Made by a program: the position numbers and the translations under genes. Positions 28,508 to 38,564 of a stretch of 64,000 nt of DNA are shown piece after piece; within the stretch, counting starts at the first letter, position 1, and each line of letters starts with the position of its first letter. Below the pieces are notes generated by a model. The model saw only the letters and a program-made list of their open reading frames with translations, had not been told where the DNA came from and searched no databases. Source of the stretch: a virus; IMG/VR virus record IMGVR_UViG_3300014208_000032, positions 9,116-73,115 of that record, one strand, 5' to 3'.

Positions 28508-29292
28508 TTACAACAGGTCTTATGGGATCTTTTATGCTAGATTTTTTTTTACTAATCTCTTTGTTTTCAATAAGTGTTTTGAGTTTTAATAAATATTTTA
28601 TAGAATTATTTTATGAAAATCTAAAAATAGGTTCTAAAAAAATATCTGCAAAAAAAGAATACAACACATCTGCTTTGTGTCTTGGTTTTCTTTATTTGTC
28701 TTATTTTTTCGAGAGTTTTTTTGAAGGAATTAATTCAAGTGGTGTTTATTTTATTTTACCATTCTTAATAAAACTGTCTAATTATGATATTAGGTTTTTT
28801 CTGTACTTGTTTGATATTATTTCTATATTTTTTTTGGGAATAGTTTTAACAAAAATCACTCAAAGATACTTTAATAGTTTTAAACAATCAAACAATTTAT
28901 TAATGATAAAATTTATTATTGTAATCACTATTTTTTTGTTTATTTTAGATTCTTTTCTTAAAACAAACTATATTCATCAAACCCTTCATATTATACAAAA
29001 AATTTTGATATTCATATTTTTTCACTTTATTTATATTAACAAGAACAAAGCTCTTGAAACAGATTTTTCTATTTACTATAGAATTGGTTTTGTTTTACTT
29101 ATTTCTTATTTATTTACTTGTTCTGTCATTTACATTTCTTCTGTGACTTTATATTTAGGCGTGTTTTTAACAATACATAATATTGCAAACGTTATAGAAA
29201 AAATAATTGTTCTCTTGTTTGGTATATTACTAACAATAATAATAGAAAAAGATGTTGGAAAAATTAGGATAAAATATGATAGAAATAATTGA
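28504..29292 (+). CDS. multi-pass (~7 TM) membrane protein
   Basis: About 7 hydrophobic segments; coupled to SBP gene. Confidence 0.7.
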   Translation: MITTGLMGSFMLDFFLLISLFSISVLSFNKYFIELFYENLKIGSKKISAKKEYNTSALCLGFLYLSYFFESFFEGINSSGVYFILPFLIKLSNYDIRFFLYLFDIISIFFLGIVLTKITQRYFNSFKQSNNLLMIKFIIVITIFLFILDSFLKTNYIHQTLHIIQKILIFIFFHFIYINKNKALETDFSIYYRIGFVLLISYLFTCSVIYISSVTLYLGVFLTIHNIANVIEKIIVLLFGILLTIIIEKDVGKIRIKYDRNN

Positions 29293-30055
29293 TTTTATAA
29301 ACAGACTCTCTCTTCCTTTTGTTTTTGGGTTTATATTTAGCACTGCAGTTGTTTCTGTGAGTTTGATTTATCTTTTTTTGTATGAATCTATTAATCCAAT
29401 AAAAAAAATAATAAATTCCTTTCTGGTTATTTTGTCGTATATTGCCTTACTTTTTTCTCTTGTTTTAGAGTATAATTATGTTTTGATAATAAATCAATTC
29501 ACAACTTTCTTATTAGACCCTAAGCATACAATTTATTATATTACATATTTAAATCTTTTCTTTTATATTATTCATTATAAAGTAATTAGTGAAAATCTTG
29601 TTAAAAATAAAACTTATCAAAAAATAGGATTTTTTGTAAATTATGGAGTTCTTCTTGTTGTTCTGTTATCAACAACTCTTAATGATTATGAATATTACTT
29701 TATATTTGTTGTTTTGTTTTTAATCACTTTATTTATTAATTTTTTCTTTTGGTTAAAATGTTTTAAAAGCAAGTCGTTTGCTGTAATGACTTTTATAATA
29801 ACTCTTTTTAGTTTTGTTTTTTTTATGTTTAAAACAGGATATTTGTTCGGACTAACATTTAATTCATTTCAAATGCTTTATTTTTTAAATGCTTATAAGT
29901 GGGTAATATTTACAATCTATCCTATTTTATTAGGAATTGGAATCTCTTATTATAACTTTCTCATAGTAAAAAGTTATGATATAGACAAAAATAATAACAA
30001 TAAACTTAACTCGTTTAAATTTATTAAAGTTAAACCAGAGGAAAAAAAGGTTTAA
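29276..30055 (+). CDS. multi-pass (~7 TM) membrane protein, sensor-domain-like
   Basis: About 7 hydrophobic segments; last helix YPILLGIGISYYNF resembles 7TM sensor ends. Confidence 0.7.
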   Translation: MIEIIDFINRLSLPFVFGFIFSTAVVSVSLIYLFLYESINPIKKIINSFLVILSYIALLFSLVLEYNYVLIINQFTTFLLDPKHTIYYITYLNLFFYIIHYKVISENLVKNKTYQKIGFFVNYGVLLVVLLSTTLNDYEYYFIFVVLFLITLFINFFFWLKCFKSKSFAVMTFIITLFSFVFFMFKTGYLFGLTFNSFQMLYFLNAYKWVIFTIYPILLGIGISYYNFLIVKSYDIDKNNNNKLNSFKFIKVKPEEKKV

Positions 30056-30058
30056 TAA

Positions 30059-30925
30059 ATGCTAGAATCATATTTCACTTGGATTTCAACACTAGAACAA
30101 GGGACAGGAATATTTGTCTTTTTTCTCTCTGTATTGTTAGCTTTTATTTTGCTAGTTTTTTCTATTAGAATAACTCTAAACGCTTTGGCAGTTTTAGCTA
30201 GTAAAATACCAGCAAAAAAAAGAGCAGGAATTCTTTTTAAAATAATTAATATATTTGTCGGGAAAAAATCCGAAAAAGATGATGAAGAAGAAAAAGATGA
30301 TACAATGAGTATTTCTAATTCTATTGATACTACGGAAGTTGTTCTTATGATTTCTAATATATTAATTTTCAAAGAAGAAGAAAAAAAATTAGAAAAAGAA
30401 TTTATGATCACTAGTATTAAATTAGTAGACCAAACAATGAAAACAGAACTTGCAAAAACAATTAGAGAAATGATTTATGTATCAGATCCTGTTTTTTATG
30501 CGGAGGAAACAGAATTTTTGGGTCTTTATACGGAAGCTATTGCTCTTTCTATGGATGAGGTTTTAAAAGATGCTATTAGAGAAAATGGGTTAGATAAATA
30601 CACTGACTCAATTGCTAAAAAAAATTATATCGACTTGAAAATACTTGATATTATTAATTTAATAACTTATAAATTAATTGGTGTTGTAAAAAAAATGGCA
30701 AAGAGAGAAAATAAAGAATTTCTCTCTTATTTAGAAAGCACTAAATTTTATATAGAATTAAGAAGATTGTTTGTTGATCTATTTGAAAAACTCATTGTGT
30801 TTGCTATCGAAAAAGAAGCAAAAAGAACAATCATGAAAGAAAAAATCATTGAAACATTCACAACAATTTCAGAGACATCTGAAAGTTCGATCAAAATAAT
30901 AAAAAATTTAATGTTTATTAAATAA
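30059..30925 (+). CDS. membrane-anchored helical protein
   Basis: N-terminal TM IFVFFLSVLLAFILLVFSI, then soluble helical domain. Confidence 0.65.
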   Translation: MLESYFTWISTLEQGTGIFVFFLSVLLAFILLVFSIRITLNALAVLASKIPAKKRAGILFKIINIFVGKKSEKDDEEEKDDTMSISNSIDTTEVVLMISNILIFKEEEKKLEKEFMITSIKLVDQTMKTELAKTIREMIYVSDPVFYAEETEFLGLYTEAIALSMDEVLKDAIRENGLDKYTDSIAKKNYIDLKILDIINLITYKLIGVVKKMAKRENKEFLSYLESTKFYIELRRLFVDLFEKLIVFAIEKEAKRTIMKEKIIETFTTISETSESSIKIIKNLMFIK

Positions 30926-30932
30926 AAAATAA

Positions 30933-33900
30933 CTAAAGAATTACATAAGTAAAGTGGAACGACCATCTAGTATTAGCAACATTAGTTGTAACATCAGTTG
31001 TTACTGTAGCTCTATCGTTAGCAACATCTCCTATTATTTCCATACTAGCAATTTCAGATGATGCAACACAAGAGCCAGCTAATTGATAAACTTGACTAAA
31101 ATTAGAAGGTATTGGCAAAGATAGTCCCATAGCAGTTGTTGTAGATGCTGAAGTTATATCAAGATTAAATTCTCCTGAAACAGTAACCAGATTTCCTATT
31201 CTAAACCATTGTGCTCCTAAAGATGCAGAAGCATCTACATTTGTTGTGTTATAAAGAGTGGGTGTATAAGTCCCAGAAGTTATATATTGATTCGTTACGC
31301 CAGTTACATCACCAACATTGTTATGTAGATTTGATCCATATATCCTACCATCAGCCATTACATTAAATACATCTGTACCACCTGCTAATCCACTATCATT
31401 AACAGCAAATTTAGCACCAGTAGCGCCAGAAGAAAGACCAACAATTACTTGTCCAGGTCTTGAAGCATGAGCATGTGCATGAAAATGTATAGCTCCACCC
31501 ATAGCAGCAGAACCAGAGCCAGCCTGTATAGATAATCTTCCAGTACCAGCACCAATTTCTTCTGTTAATATGTATTTATTGCCTGTTAATGTTGGGAGTA
31601 TTAAATTTCCATCAGTAGATAGCGCCATTCTTGATGTAGCGGCAGTAGAGTCATAGAAACTAATACCCCCACCCTTGTAAAGAACATAATTAGAATAATT
31701 AACACTTGCAACCCCAGTAGTAGCAAGTTCAAGAGCTGTAATATTTGTTTTTGATTCAATATTAATAGCAGCAGTTTCTCCACCAGTAGCGGTTCCTTTA
31801 ATAGCTATTCCTGAAGTGTTAACACCTGCAGCAAACCATGTTGGATTATCTATTCTACCATTTAACACATTTCCACCAGCAGAATTAAGTATAATATTTC
31901 CATAAGCACCACCAGTTTTATAAGCCTGCCAAGCAGAATAAGTATCTCCACTAGTAGCGCCATTATATAATATTGACCCGGAACCAATAGTTGAAACATC
32001 CCAATCGGTATTTCCAAACACTATTTTCTGAGTGTCAGGACCTTTTATTTGTAATCTACCTAATCCATTTGTTATTGCCCCACCTACAAGAATATTTCCA
32101 GTCAATCCTATTAATTTCATCATTTCTGTAGGACGAGTTGTGGCTGATGCGTCTAACATGCCACCAAAAATGATATTAGTAGAAGAATGCACACCTCCTG
32201 ATGTGATAGACTCAAACCACATTCCAGCAGTATAAGATGGGTCTGCAACGTCTCTATAGGTATCCGCTAATATGCCACCAAAAATATAAGTCCCGTTCGT
32301 AGAGTTATGATAAGCGTTTATTATAGAACCAGAAGTATTAATAGCAGATAAATTTGTAGGTGCAATATATAATTTATCAATAAGAGCAATATTTCCAACA
32401 ACATTTAATTTATAAGTTGTTGTGGTTATTGTTCCTACGCTAATATTATTAGTAGCTGTATCAATCATTATAGATGGTGCAGTTGCACCTCCTATACCAA
32501 ATTTACCAGCTCCAAGTGTCCAACCACCATGACTTAAGTACACATCAGTAGTTCCCCAACTAGTTCTAATACCAGATTCAGCAGCAGCTCTATATATGTG
32601 TATTGGATATAATGGAGTTGTAATACCTATTCCCAATGTGTCATTTACTTCATCATAAGTAGAAGCTCCAAAAAGTATTTTACCTTTTGTTGCGTGAGAT
32701 GTTGAAAAAAGAGTTAAGTTATTTCCTGATGCAGTTCCGCCTATTACAGTTTGTCCACCAGATAAACCAGTTATTAAATTATTAGCAATAGCATTTACTG
32801 TTCTTGTTAAACCACTTCCAAAAGTAAGGATAGCATCTTTTGTATTTAATTGAGCTTGTATATTTGATGTAACGTCAGTTAAATAACCCAATTTTGTTGT
32901 TGTGATACCATCTAAAGTTTTTAATTGGAATGAGGCACTATCGTAATAAGCAACAGTTGCGTCATCAGGAGTTTCTTCTATTGTTGCAATCTTTACTAAA
33001 GACCCCGCATCACCAATTCTTGCCCAACCACCATTATCAAGTACTAAAAACCCATCATTAATTCCATCATAAAGTTTTGCTTGAAATCCAGTATAAACTC
33101 CAGTGCCTAAACCTGATACTGCACCATCTCTGGTTATTATTATATCTTTTGTTGTAAAAATTTGTTCTGCATGAGTTGTGTAAGATGTTCCAACTTGGTA
33201 AATATTTCCAGTAATATTAACATCACCATTACCTTTAATGTTGAATGTAGAAATATTACTTCCGCTCAAAATTTCAAATACTTTATCAGTATCTGCTGTT
33301 GATCCTCTTTTTATTTGAAGAGCACTTAATGCTGCAGTTGTTGTTATTTGTGGTTGAGTTGAATTATTATAAGCTTGTTGAATTGTTGTTGTTCCAGAAC
33401 CAGATGCTGTGGCGTTAGATCCTCCCCACTTATCAACTTCAAAAAACTTAGCTTGAGTTAAATCACTAAGATCTGTTGCTGTGCTTTTAATAATTAAAAT
33501 ACATCTCAACAAACCATTCTCAGCAATATTCTGCTCAGTAATAAACACTTCAGAATTAATTGCTTGAATTGCCTCAGACATTGAACCATAAAATGCTTGA
33601 CCATATTGAATACGAATAAGGTTAGATGTAAAAATAACAATTCTTTGAATTGTAAATTTATTTGGATTTAATACAGTTCTAACGCCATTTAAATCATAAT
33701 AACCTGGATCTAAAACTGCAGTATCTGCATACTCAGTTCCTGTATTTAATCTATATCTAATGTTTGTTGGGGCAATTAAACCAGAAAGAGTTATTTTATG
33801 TGGATTTTTGTGACTAATAAAAAAATTAACACCTTTTTTGAAAACATAACCAATACTTTTATTAATTGAAAGATTGATTCCGTTAGGTGAAATTATATTT

Positions 33901-34595
33901 CCAGAAACATTAAAATTCCTCATGCTGTCTAAGAGATCGTTAAATTGTGATATTGAATTTCCAGCAACGTCTGGAAGATTATTTACAGCATTAATAGTAG
34001 TTCTGTTTGAGTGAATAATTACACCAAGCAAAACATGATCTCTTCTATCTTCTATAGTAAACGGAGAAGTTTCTTGTATAATTGCGTTGGTAACAAAATC
34101 CATTGCTAAATATGTTACATTGTGAGTTAATATATTTGTAACTGATACACCAGTTATCCCTGGAAAATTTATTACGGAACCTGTTGGGTTTATTGGATCA
34201 GTGGTATTCACTTGATTAGCATACCCAGATGAAATATTAAATTTTGTTGGATCTGCGTTTATAGAAATTGTAAATCCAGCTCTAACCCCATTAGATGATT
34301 CATTAACTATTTTTTTGTTAATTTCATCAGTAAACTCATGTAGTGAAAATACGTGAATAGCTTCCAGTGAAGTAAAAACATTCGTTGGAATTGCTAATAA
34401 ATTATCTTTTGTTAAAATCAAATCACCTGAAATTATTTCTGCTTCAAAGTTTTTACTAGCAAAATAAATATCTGATAACTCTTTTTCGTTTTTTATGGAA
34501 AAATAAGTATAAGGATAAATGTCTTTATTTATTTGTGCAATTCTTATTGTAGAACTTGTGTTGTTGTATAAATAAATTGGAAATATTATATTCAT
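30933..34595 (-). CDS. tail fibre / receptor-binding protein
   Basis: 1220 aa G/T/S-rich; GIGITTP-type repeats; C-terminal SGTYTPT..RIGNLVTVSG..FTYVIL. Confidence 0.8.
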   Translation of the reverse strand: MNIIFPIYLYNNTSSTIRIAQINKDIYPYTYFSIKNEKELSDIYFASKNFEAEIISGDLILTKDNLLAIPTNVFTSLEAIHVFSLHEFTDEINKKIVNESSNGVRAGFTISINADPTKFNISSGYANQVNTTDPINPTGSVINFPGITGVSVTNILTHNVTYLAMDFVTNAIIQETSPFTIEDRRDHVLLGVIIHSNRTTINAVNNLPDVAGNSISQFNDLLDSMRNFNVSGNIISPNGINLSINKSIGYVFKKGVNFFISHKNPHKITLSGLIAPTNIRYRLNTGTEYADTAVLDPGYYDLNGVRTVLNPNKFTIQRIVIFTSNLIRIQYGQAFYGSMSEAIQAINSEVFITEQNIAENGLLRCILIIKSTATDLSDLTQAKFFEVDKWGGSNATASGSGTTTIQQAYNNSTQPQITTTAALSALQIKRGSTADTDKVFEILSGSNISTFNIKGNGDVNITGNIYQVGTSYTTHAEQIFTTKDIIITRDGAVSGLGTGVYTGFQAKLYDGINDGFLVLDNGGWARIGDAGSLVKIATIEETPDDATVAYYDSASFQLKTLDGITTTKLGYLTDVTSNIQAQLNTKDAILTFGSGLTRTVNAIANNLITGLSGGQTVIGGTASGNNLTLFSTSHATKGKILFGASTYDEVNDTLGIGITTPLYPIHIYRAAAESGIRTSWGTTDVYLSHGGWTLGAGKFGIGGATAPSIMIDTATNNISVGTITTTTYKLNVVGNIALIDKLYIAPTNLSAINTSGSIINAYHNSTNGTYIFGGILADTYRDVADPSYTAGMWFESITSGGVHSSTNIIFGGMLDASATTRPTEMMKLIGLTGNILVGGAITNGLGRLQIKGPDTQKIVFGNTDWDVSTIGSGSILYNGATSGDTYSAWQAYKTGGAYGNIILNSAGGNVLNGRIDNPTWFAAGVNTSGIAIKGTATGGETAAINIESKTNITALELATTGVASVNYSNYVLYKGGGISFYDSTAATSRMALSTDGNLILPTLTGNKYILTEEIGAGTGRLSIQAGSGSAAMGGAIHFHAHAHASRPGQVIVGLSSGATGAKFAVNDSGLAGGTDVFNVMADGRIYGSNLHNNVGDVTGVTNQYITSGTYTPTLYNTTNVDASASLGAQWFRIGNLVTVSGEFNLDITSASTTTAMGLSLPIPSNFSQVYQLAGSCVASSEIASMEIIGDVANDRATVTTDVTTNVANTRWSFHFTYVIL

Positions 34596-34613
34596 ATTAT
34601 TATCTTTATGATG

Positions 34614-34883
34614 TTAATAACTTATTATATAATACATTGAAAATCCAGAAAAAGAAACAAAAGCTCCTATTACAGCCCCCAATATAGCCACAACAACATA
34701 TTCAACAGGTTTTTCTGATTTTTTTATTAAATAGAAAGAAGTTGTTGTAATTACCGATCCTGTTATAGTTCCAGCAATAACCGTTTGTATTATTTCAGTA
34801 TTAAATTTTTCTTCTGCTTTTAAATTCTTATAAGGATATTGAGATGATAATAAAAAACACAACAATAATAAAAATATTCTCAT
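34614..34883 (-). CDS. small membrane protein
   Basis: Signal-like N-terminus and two Gly-containing TM helices. Confidence 0.5.
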   Translation of the reverse strand: MRIFLLLLCFLLSSQYPYKNLKAEEKFNTEIIQTVIAGTITGSVITTTSFYLIKKSEKPVEYVVVAILGAVIGAFVSFSGFSMYYIISY

Positions 34884-34925
34884 TTTAATTTACAAATTTC
34901 ATTTGGATAATAATCCTTGGTATTT

Positions 34926-35222
34926 TTAATATTCTTTTAATATAACTATTCCAATTACGCTTTGATTTGCTGTAACTGGAATATAACCTAAAATATATTC
35001 TTCGCTAACATCAGTTATTAAAGAAGATAGCCACACCAAAAAATCTTCTGATAGGGTTTCGGAATTATTATATGCTTGTTGAAGAAATGTGACACCAGGA
35101 ACTCCCCAATCAACACCCCATTCTCCGCCTAGGTTTTTTTCTATTTCTTTTAATCTAATTATGAGAGAGTTTATAATTTTTAAATCAAAGTTTCCAGTTA
35201 TTAGATAATCATTAATTGCCAT
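34926..35222 (-). CDS. hypothetical structural protein
   Basis: QQAYNNS motif shared with fibre 30933..34595; leaderless-type start. Confidence 0.55.
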   Translation of the reverse strand: MAINDYLITGNFDLKIINSLIIRLKEIEKNLGGEWGVDWGVPGVTFLQQAYNNSETLSEDFLVWLSSLITDVSEEYILGYIPVTANQSVIGIVILKEY

Positions 35223-35244
35223 ATATTTATCTTTATATAAAAAA

Positions 35245-35268
35245 AGACAGAGTGTTCAGACTCTGTCT
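35245..35268 (-). terminator. intrinsic terminator
   Basis: AGACAGAGT/ACTCTGTCT stem, T run on minus strand. Confidence 0.75.
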
Positions 35269-35290
35269 AAAATTAGAAATTAAAAACTAA

Positions 35291-36406
35291 TTAAGCAAGG
35301 CAGACAAAAGTCCAAGCAGCAGCAGAACCCATCACAACAGTGGTTTGCGTGGCAGAATCGTGAGTAATAGATGTTGGGGCGGTAACTACGCCATCAGCAA
35401 CCAAATAAGCTTGCACAACTGGCTGAATTCCTAGTCCGTGAGTGATAACATAAGTTCCAGTTCCAGCAGCAGGAGATGTTCTATAAACCCTAGCAATAGT
35501 TCCACCAACAACAGGAGTTGTCAAGGAAATATTGGCAGTAAGAGTTCCTGGGGTGATTGTGGCAGCATAACTACCAGTTCCACCGGCTCGTCCAGTAAGA
35601 ACTACGGCATCCTGTGTGGCAGCAGCAATTGCTTTCACAGAACCAGTAACAGTAGTCAAACCAGTAACATTAACAGCACCGGTGTTTGTTGTAACACCAG
35701 TAATTCCAACAGCACCAGTAATAGTAACAGCACCAGTAATTCCAGTTGCTCCAGTAATAGCTGTAACACCAGCAATAGTAACATCACCAGTAGCTTCAAG
35801 AGCATAGTTTGCAGTTCCACCAGAAGCAACAGCAGTTATGGCAGTGTTTTTTGTTCCGGTTCCTGTAACAGTAGAAGTCACACCACTTCTTGTTCCAGTA
35901 ACAGTATCAGCAACAGCAGCAACATTAACTACAGCTCTTGTGGCAGTAGAGGTAGAGGTAGAGGTGACATCAACAGCTTTGCCAGTTGTTAAAGCATCAG
36001 CGGAAATTTCAAGAGCTTTACCAGTTGTGATACTGTCCCCAAGTAATTTATTTCCGAATGTTGTAGTAGAAGACGAAGTGAAAGTTGCAGGAATATCTCC
36101 ATCAACAAGAGCAGCCCAAATAGGGACAGAACTAGTTTCCTGCAAAAACATTTTAGTAGCCGTAGCATTTGGAGCTAATCGGGCATTAACTGTGGCATTT
36201 CTATAAGAAATATCACCTTCGGTTGTGGTTGGGGAAAGTGCATCAAAACCAGCAACTGCTGTAATCTGACCTGTCCCACCGCCGTTAATATCAATTGTTC
36301 CATTAAGAGCAATGATAGCAGAAGCTGCTTCAACAATATCCATCTCGTCAGCAACCGTCTTGATTGACAGGTTGATATATTTTTGATCGCCTGTAAGTAT
36401 ACTCAT
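35291..36406 (-). CDS. virion fibre/decoration protein with TG-x-x-x-I hexapeptide repeats
   Basis: ITGATGITGAVTITGAVGITG repeats; C-terminal ITHGLG..PVVQ; strong SD. Confidence 0.7.
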   Translation of the reverse strand: MSILTGDQKYINLSIKTVADEMDIVEAASAIIALNGTIDINGGGTGQITAVAGFDALSPTTTEGDISYRNATVNARLAPNATATKMFLQETSSVPIWAALVDGDIPATFTSSSTTTFGNKLLGDSITTGKALEISADALTTGKAVDVTSTSTSTATRAVVNVAAVADTVTGTRSGVTSTVTGTGTKNTAITAVASGGTANYALEATGDVTIAGVTAITGATGITGAVTITGAVGITGVTTNTGAVNVTGLTTVTGSVKAIAAATQDAVVLTGRAGGTGSYAATITPGTLTANISLTTPVVGGTIARVYRTSPAAGTGTYVITHGLGIQPVVQAYLVADGVVTAPTSITHDSATQTTVVMGSAAAWTFVCLA

Positions 36407-36548
36407 AAAATTATTCTCCTTTTATGTTCATGTTAAAAATATCTTTACTTTATGTAAAAAAACCGGGCGGACAGTTTTGTCTTTTTATTGGACAGGAATG
36501 TCCGGTCTATATAAAACAACTTAAATAAAAATCTACTACTAGAATTTT

Positions 36549-37700
36549 TTATTTTTTAAGATTAGAAGTCAAATAAGATACATTTTCATAAAGAAAAGCT
36601 CTGGTTGTTTTGTTTAGGTTTATGAAGACATCTTTTATTGTTTCTAGTGGAATAATATTTTTATCTATTTCCATCTTCAATAATCTTATATCAGTTATTA
36701 ATTCTTTTGTTCTGATATCACCTATTTTTTTAGAAACATCAACGAGTATAGATTTTGCTTTGTTTGTATCTTCGATAAATATTACATATTTTATAAACCT
36801 TGTTATTGAATCTATTTTATTGTTTGTTGTATAAAGAGGAGAAAGATGAGTAAATATTTTTTTAACTAAACTTTCAACTAAAGATGTATCAGATTCTCTT
36901 TTTAAAGACACGTTTTTTAATATTTCTGTTTCTTTTTCGAAACCAATAACAGATTTTACATCATTTTCGTTTCCATCAACAAAAATAATATCCGTTTGAC
37001 CATCATTTTTATCAGCAACATATAATAGATTTTTTGAAATGTTGTTGATAGAACTTTTTTCTAATCTGTTTTTAAGATAATTATAAACAACAACTTCAAA
37101 CATTTTTCCAAGAGTATAATTTAAAAAACCAATAAATTTAGGTAATTCTTCTTTTGAAGAATATTTTAATAGAATATTTTTAACACCAGTAGATACAATA
37201 GATAAAAAATCCTTTATAGTAGTTGCTGAAATTCCATTAATAAAATCAATGATTGCTTTTGATCTGTTACTTAATTTTTTCTCTGTGAAAGCTTCTTCTT
37301 TTAATTCTGTTTTTTTCTTTTTTAGAAATTCATTTTGAAAAAAACTAATAACTAATGATTTTAGTTTTTCTACAGTTAATTTTCCACCAGATGTTGGTAT
37401 TGCTTTTCTTGTTTTGTCTGGGTTGGAGATTCCGTATTCAAAAATACTGATATTTTCTGAGTTTGTTGTTATTTTGTAATAATATTTTTTTCTTTTCGGT
37501 GGATTTTTTTCATAATGAGTATTCATTTTATTAACAGTTTCTTTTGTTACTACTCCTGTTTTCATTTCAAGAACGGTTATGATTCCGTTTTTCATTTCTT
37601 TTTGGGCATAGATTACTTTAAGTTCGTCTTTTAATTTGATTTGAGTAGTTACAGAAAGATTTTTTATAAACTTTATTTCAACGGGTATTTCTCTTGTCAT
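36549..37700 (-). CDS. hypothetical protein, possible PD-(D/E)xK nuclease in C-terminal half
   Basis: GKMFE...QTDIIF...NDVKS; start reassigned to ATG 37700 (late motif 3 nt upstream). Confidence 0.45.
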   Translation of the reverse strand: MTREIPVEIKFIKNLSVTTQIKLKDELKVIYAQKEMKNGIITVLEMKTGVVTKETVNKMNTHYEKNPPKRKKYYYKITTNSENISIFEYGISNPDKTRKAIPTSGGKLTVEKLKSLVISFFQNEFLKKKKTELKEEAFTEKKLSNRSKAIIDFINGISATTIKDFLSIVSTGVKNILLKYSSKEELPKFIGFLNYTLGKMFEVVVYNYLKNRLEKSSINNISKNLLYVADKNDGQTDIIFVDGNENDVKSVIGFEKETEILKNVSLKRESDTSLVESLVKKIFTHLSPLYTTNNKIDSITRFIKYVIFIEDTNKAKSILVDVSKKIGDIRTKELITDIRLLKMEIDKNIIPLETIKDVFINLNKTTRAFLYENVSYLTSNLKK

Positions 37701-37730
37701 ACTATTATCTTGACTTGAAAAGTTAATACT
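37701..37730. promoter_or_regulatory. back-to-back leaderless late-type promoters
   Basis: CAT-ACT-ATTATCTT-GACTTGAA-AAGTTAAT-ACT-ATG. Confidence 0.65.
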
Positions 37731-38564
37731 ATGAAAAGCTTTAAAGAACATTTACAAAGAAAATTAGACGAAAACGTATTAGATCCTATTAATAAAACAA
37801 AATCAAAAGAACTTTGGAGTACATCCGGTAATCTTCTTCCAGACGCTAAGAGAACGCTTTTGACGAACTTTTACTCCTGGTGGGATAAGTTTGGGTTTGA
37901 ACGCAAAGATATAAAAAAAATGCTTATCCTGGGCAGTATAACGGGCTTTCAATACAATGAAGCTTCAGATATTGATGTTAATGTTGTGGTTAATCTTTCT
38001 AAAGAAAAAATATCTTCTGTTTATAAATTATTACCAGGAAATGTTAAGATTGGGAAACATCCTTGTAATTATTATCTTACAGCAGATGAATATGATGCTG
38101 GAAAAGCAGACGGGGTTTATAACGTAGTAAAAGATGTTTGGGAAAAAGAAGTAAAAAAAATAGACCCAAAAATTGATAACAGTTATGTTCTTGAAGTTAC
38201 TAAATTTTTTATGGACGGAATTGATGGGCGAATTGCTGAATATGAGAGAGATAAGAAAGAACTTGATATGTTTTATCAATATCTTAAAGACGCAGATCTT
38301 GAAGTTAATAAAAATGATTTAGAAAAAAGTATAGCTCAAAAAAAAGGCGAGATCGAAGCTGATATTCAGTCGCTAGTTATTGGTTATCATGTTATCAAAG
38401 CTTTTAGATGGGAAGCATTTGTAAAAGATGCTAAACCAATAGAATTACAAATTCAAATAAAAAGCCCTAACCTTACGTTGAACAATTTAATTTATAAAAC
38501 ACTAGAAAGGTTTGGATATTTTGATAAACTCCACTCCGTTTTGGAAAAAGAAGGAAAACTATGA
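37731..38564 (+). CDS. Pol-beta superfamily nucleotidyltransferase with capsid-targeting N-terminus
   Basis: LGS..GFQYNEASDIDVNVV; N-terminus MKSFKEHL. Confidence 0.75.
   Translation: MKSFKEHLQRKLDENVLDPINKTKSKELWSTSGNLLPDAKRTLLTNFYSWWDKFGFERKDIKKMLILGSITGFQYNEASDIDVNVVVNLSKEKISSVYKLLPGNVKIGKHPCNYYLTADEYDAGKADGVYNVVKDVWEKEVKKIDPKIDNSYVLEVTKFFMDGIDGRIAEYERDKKELDMFYQYLKDADLEVNKNDLEKSIAQKKGEIEADIQSLVIGYHVIKAFRWEAFVKDAKPIELQIQIKSPNLTLNNLIYKTLERFGYFDKLHSVLEKEGKL

Noticed and set aside
35438-36206. Repetitive antisense ORFs (APVIVT..., Ser-rich)
   Set aside because: Mirror of the hexapeptide repeat in 35291..36406
37701-37751. ORF-track N-terminal extensions (36549..37751, 53076..53483, 57161.., 26154..)
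   Set aside because: They run through promoter motifs or neighbouring genes; downstream starts fit SD or leaderless geometry better
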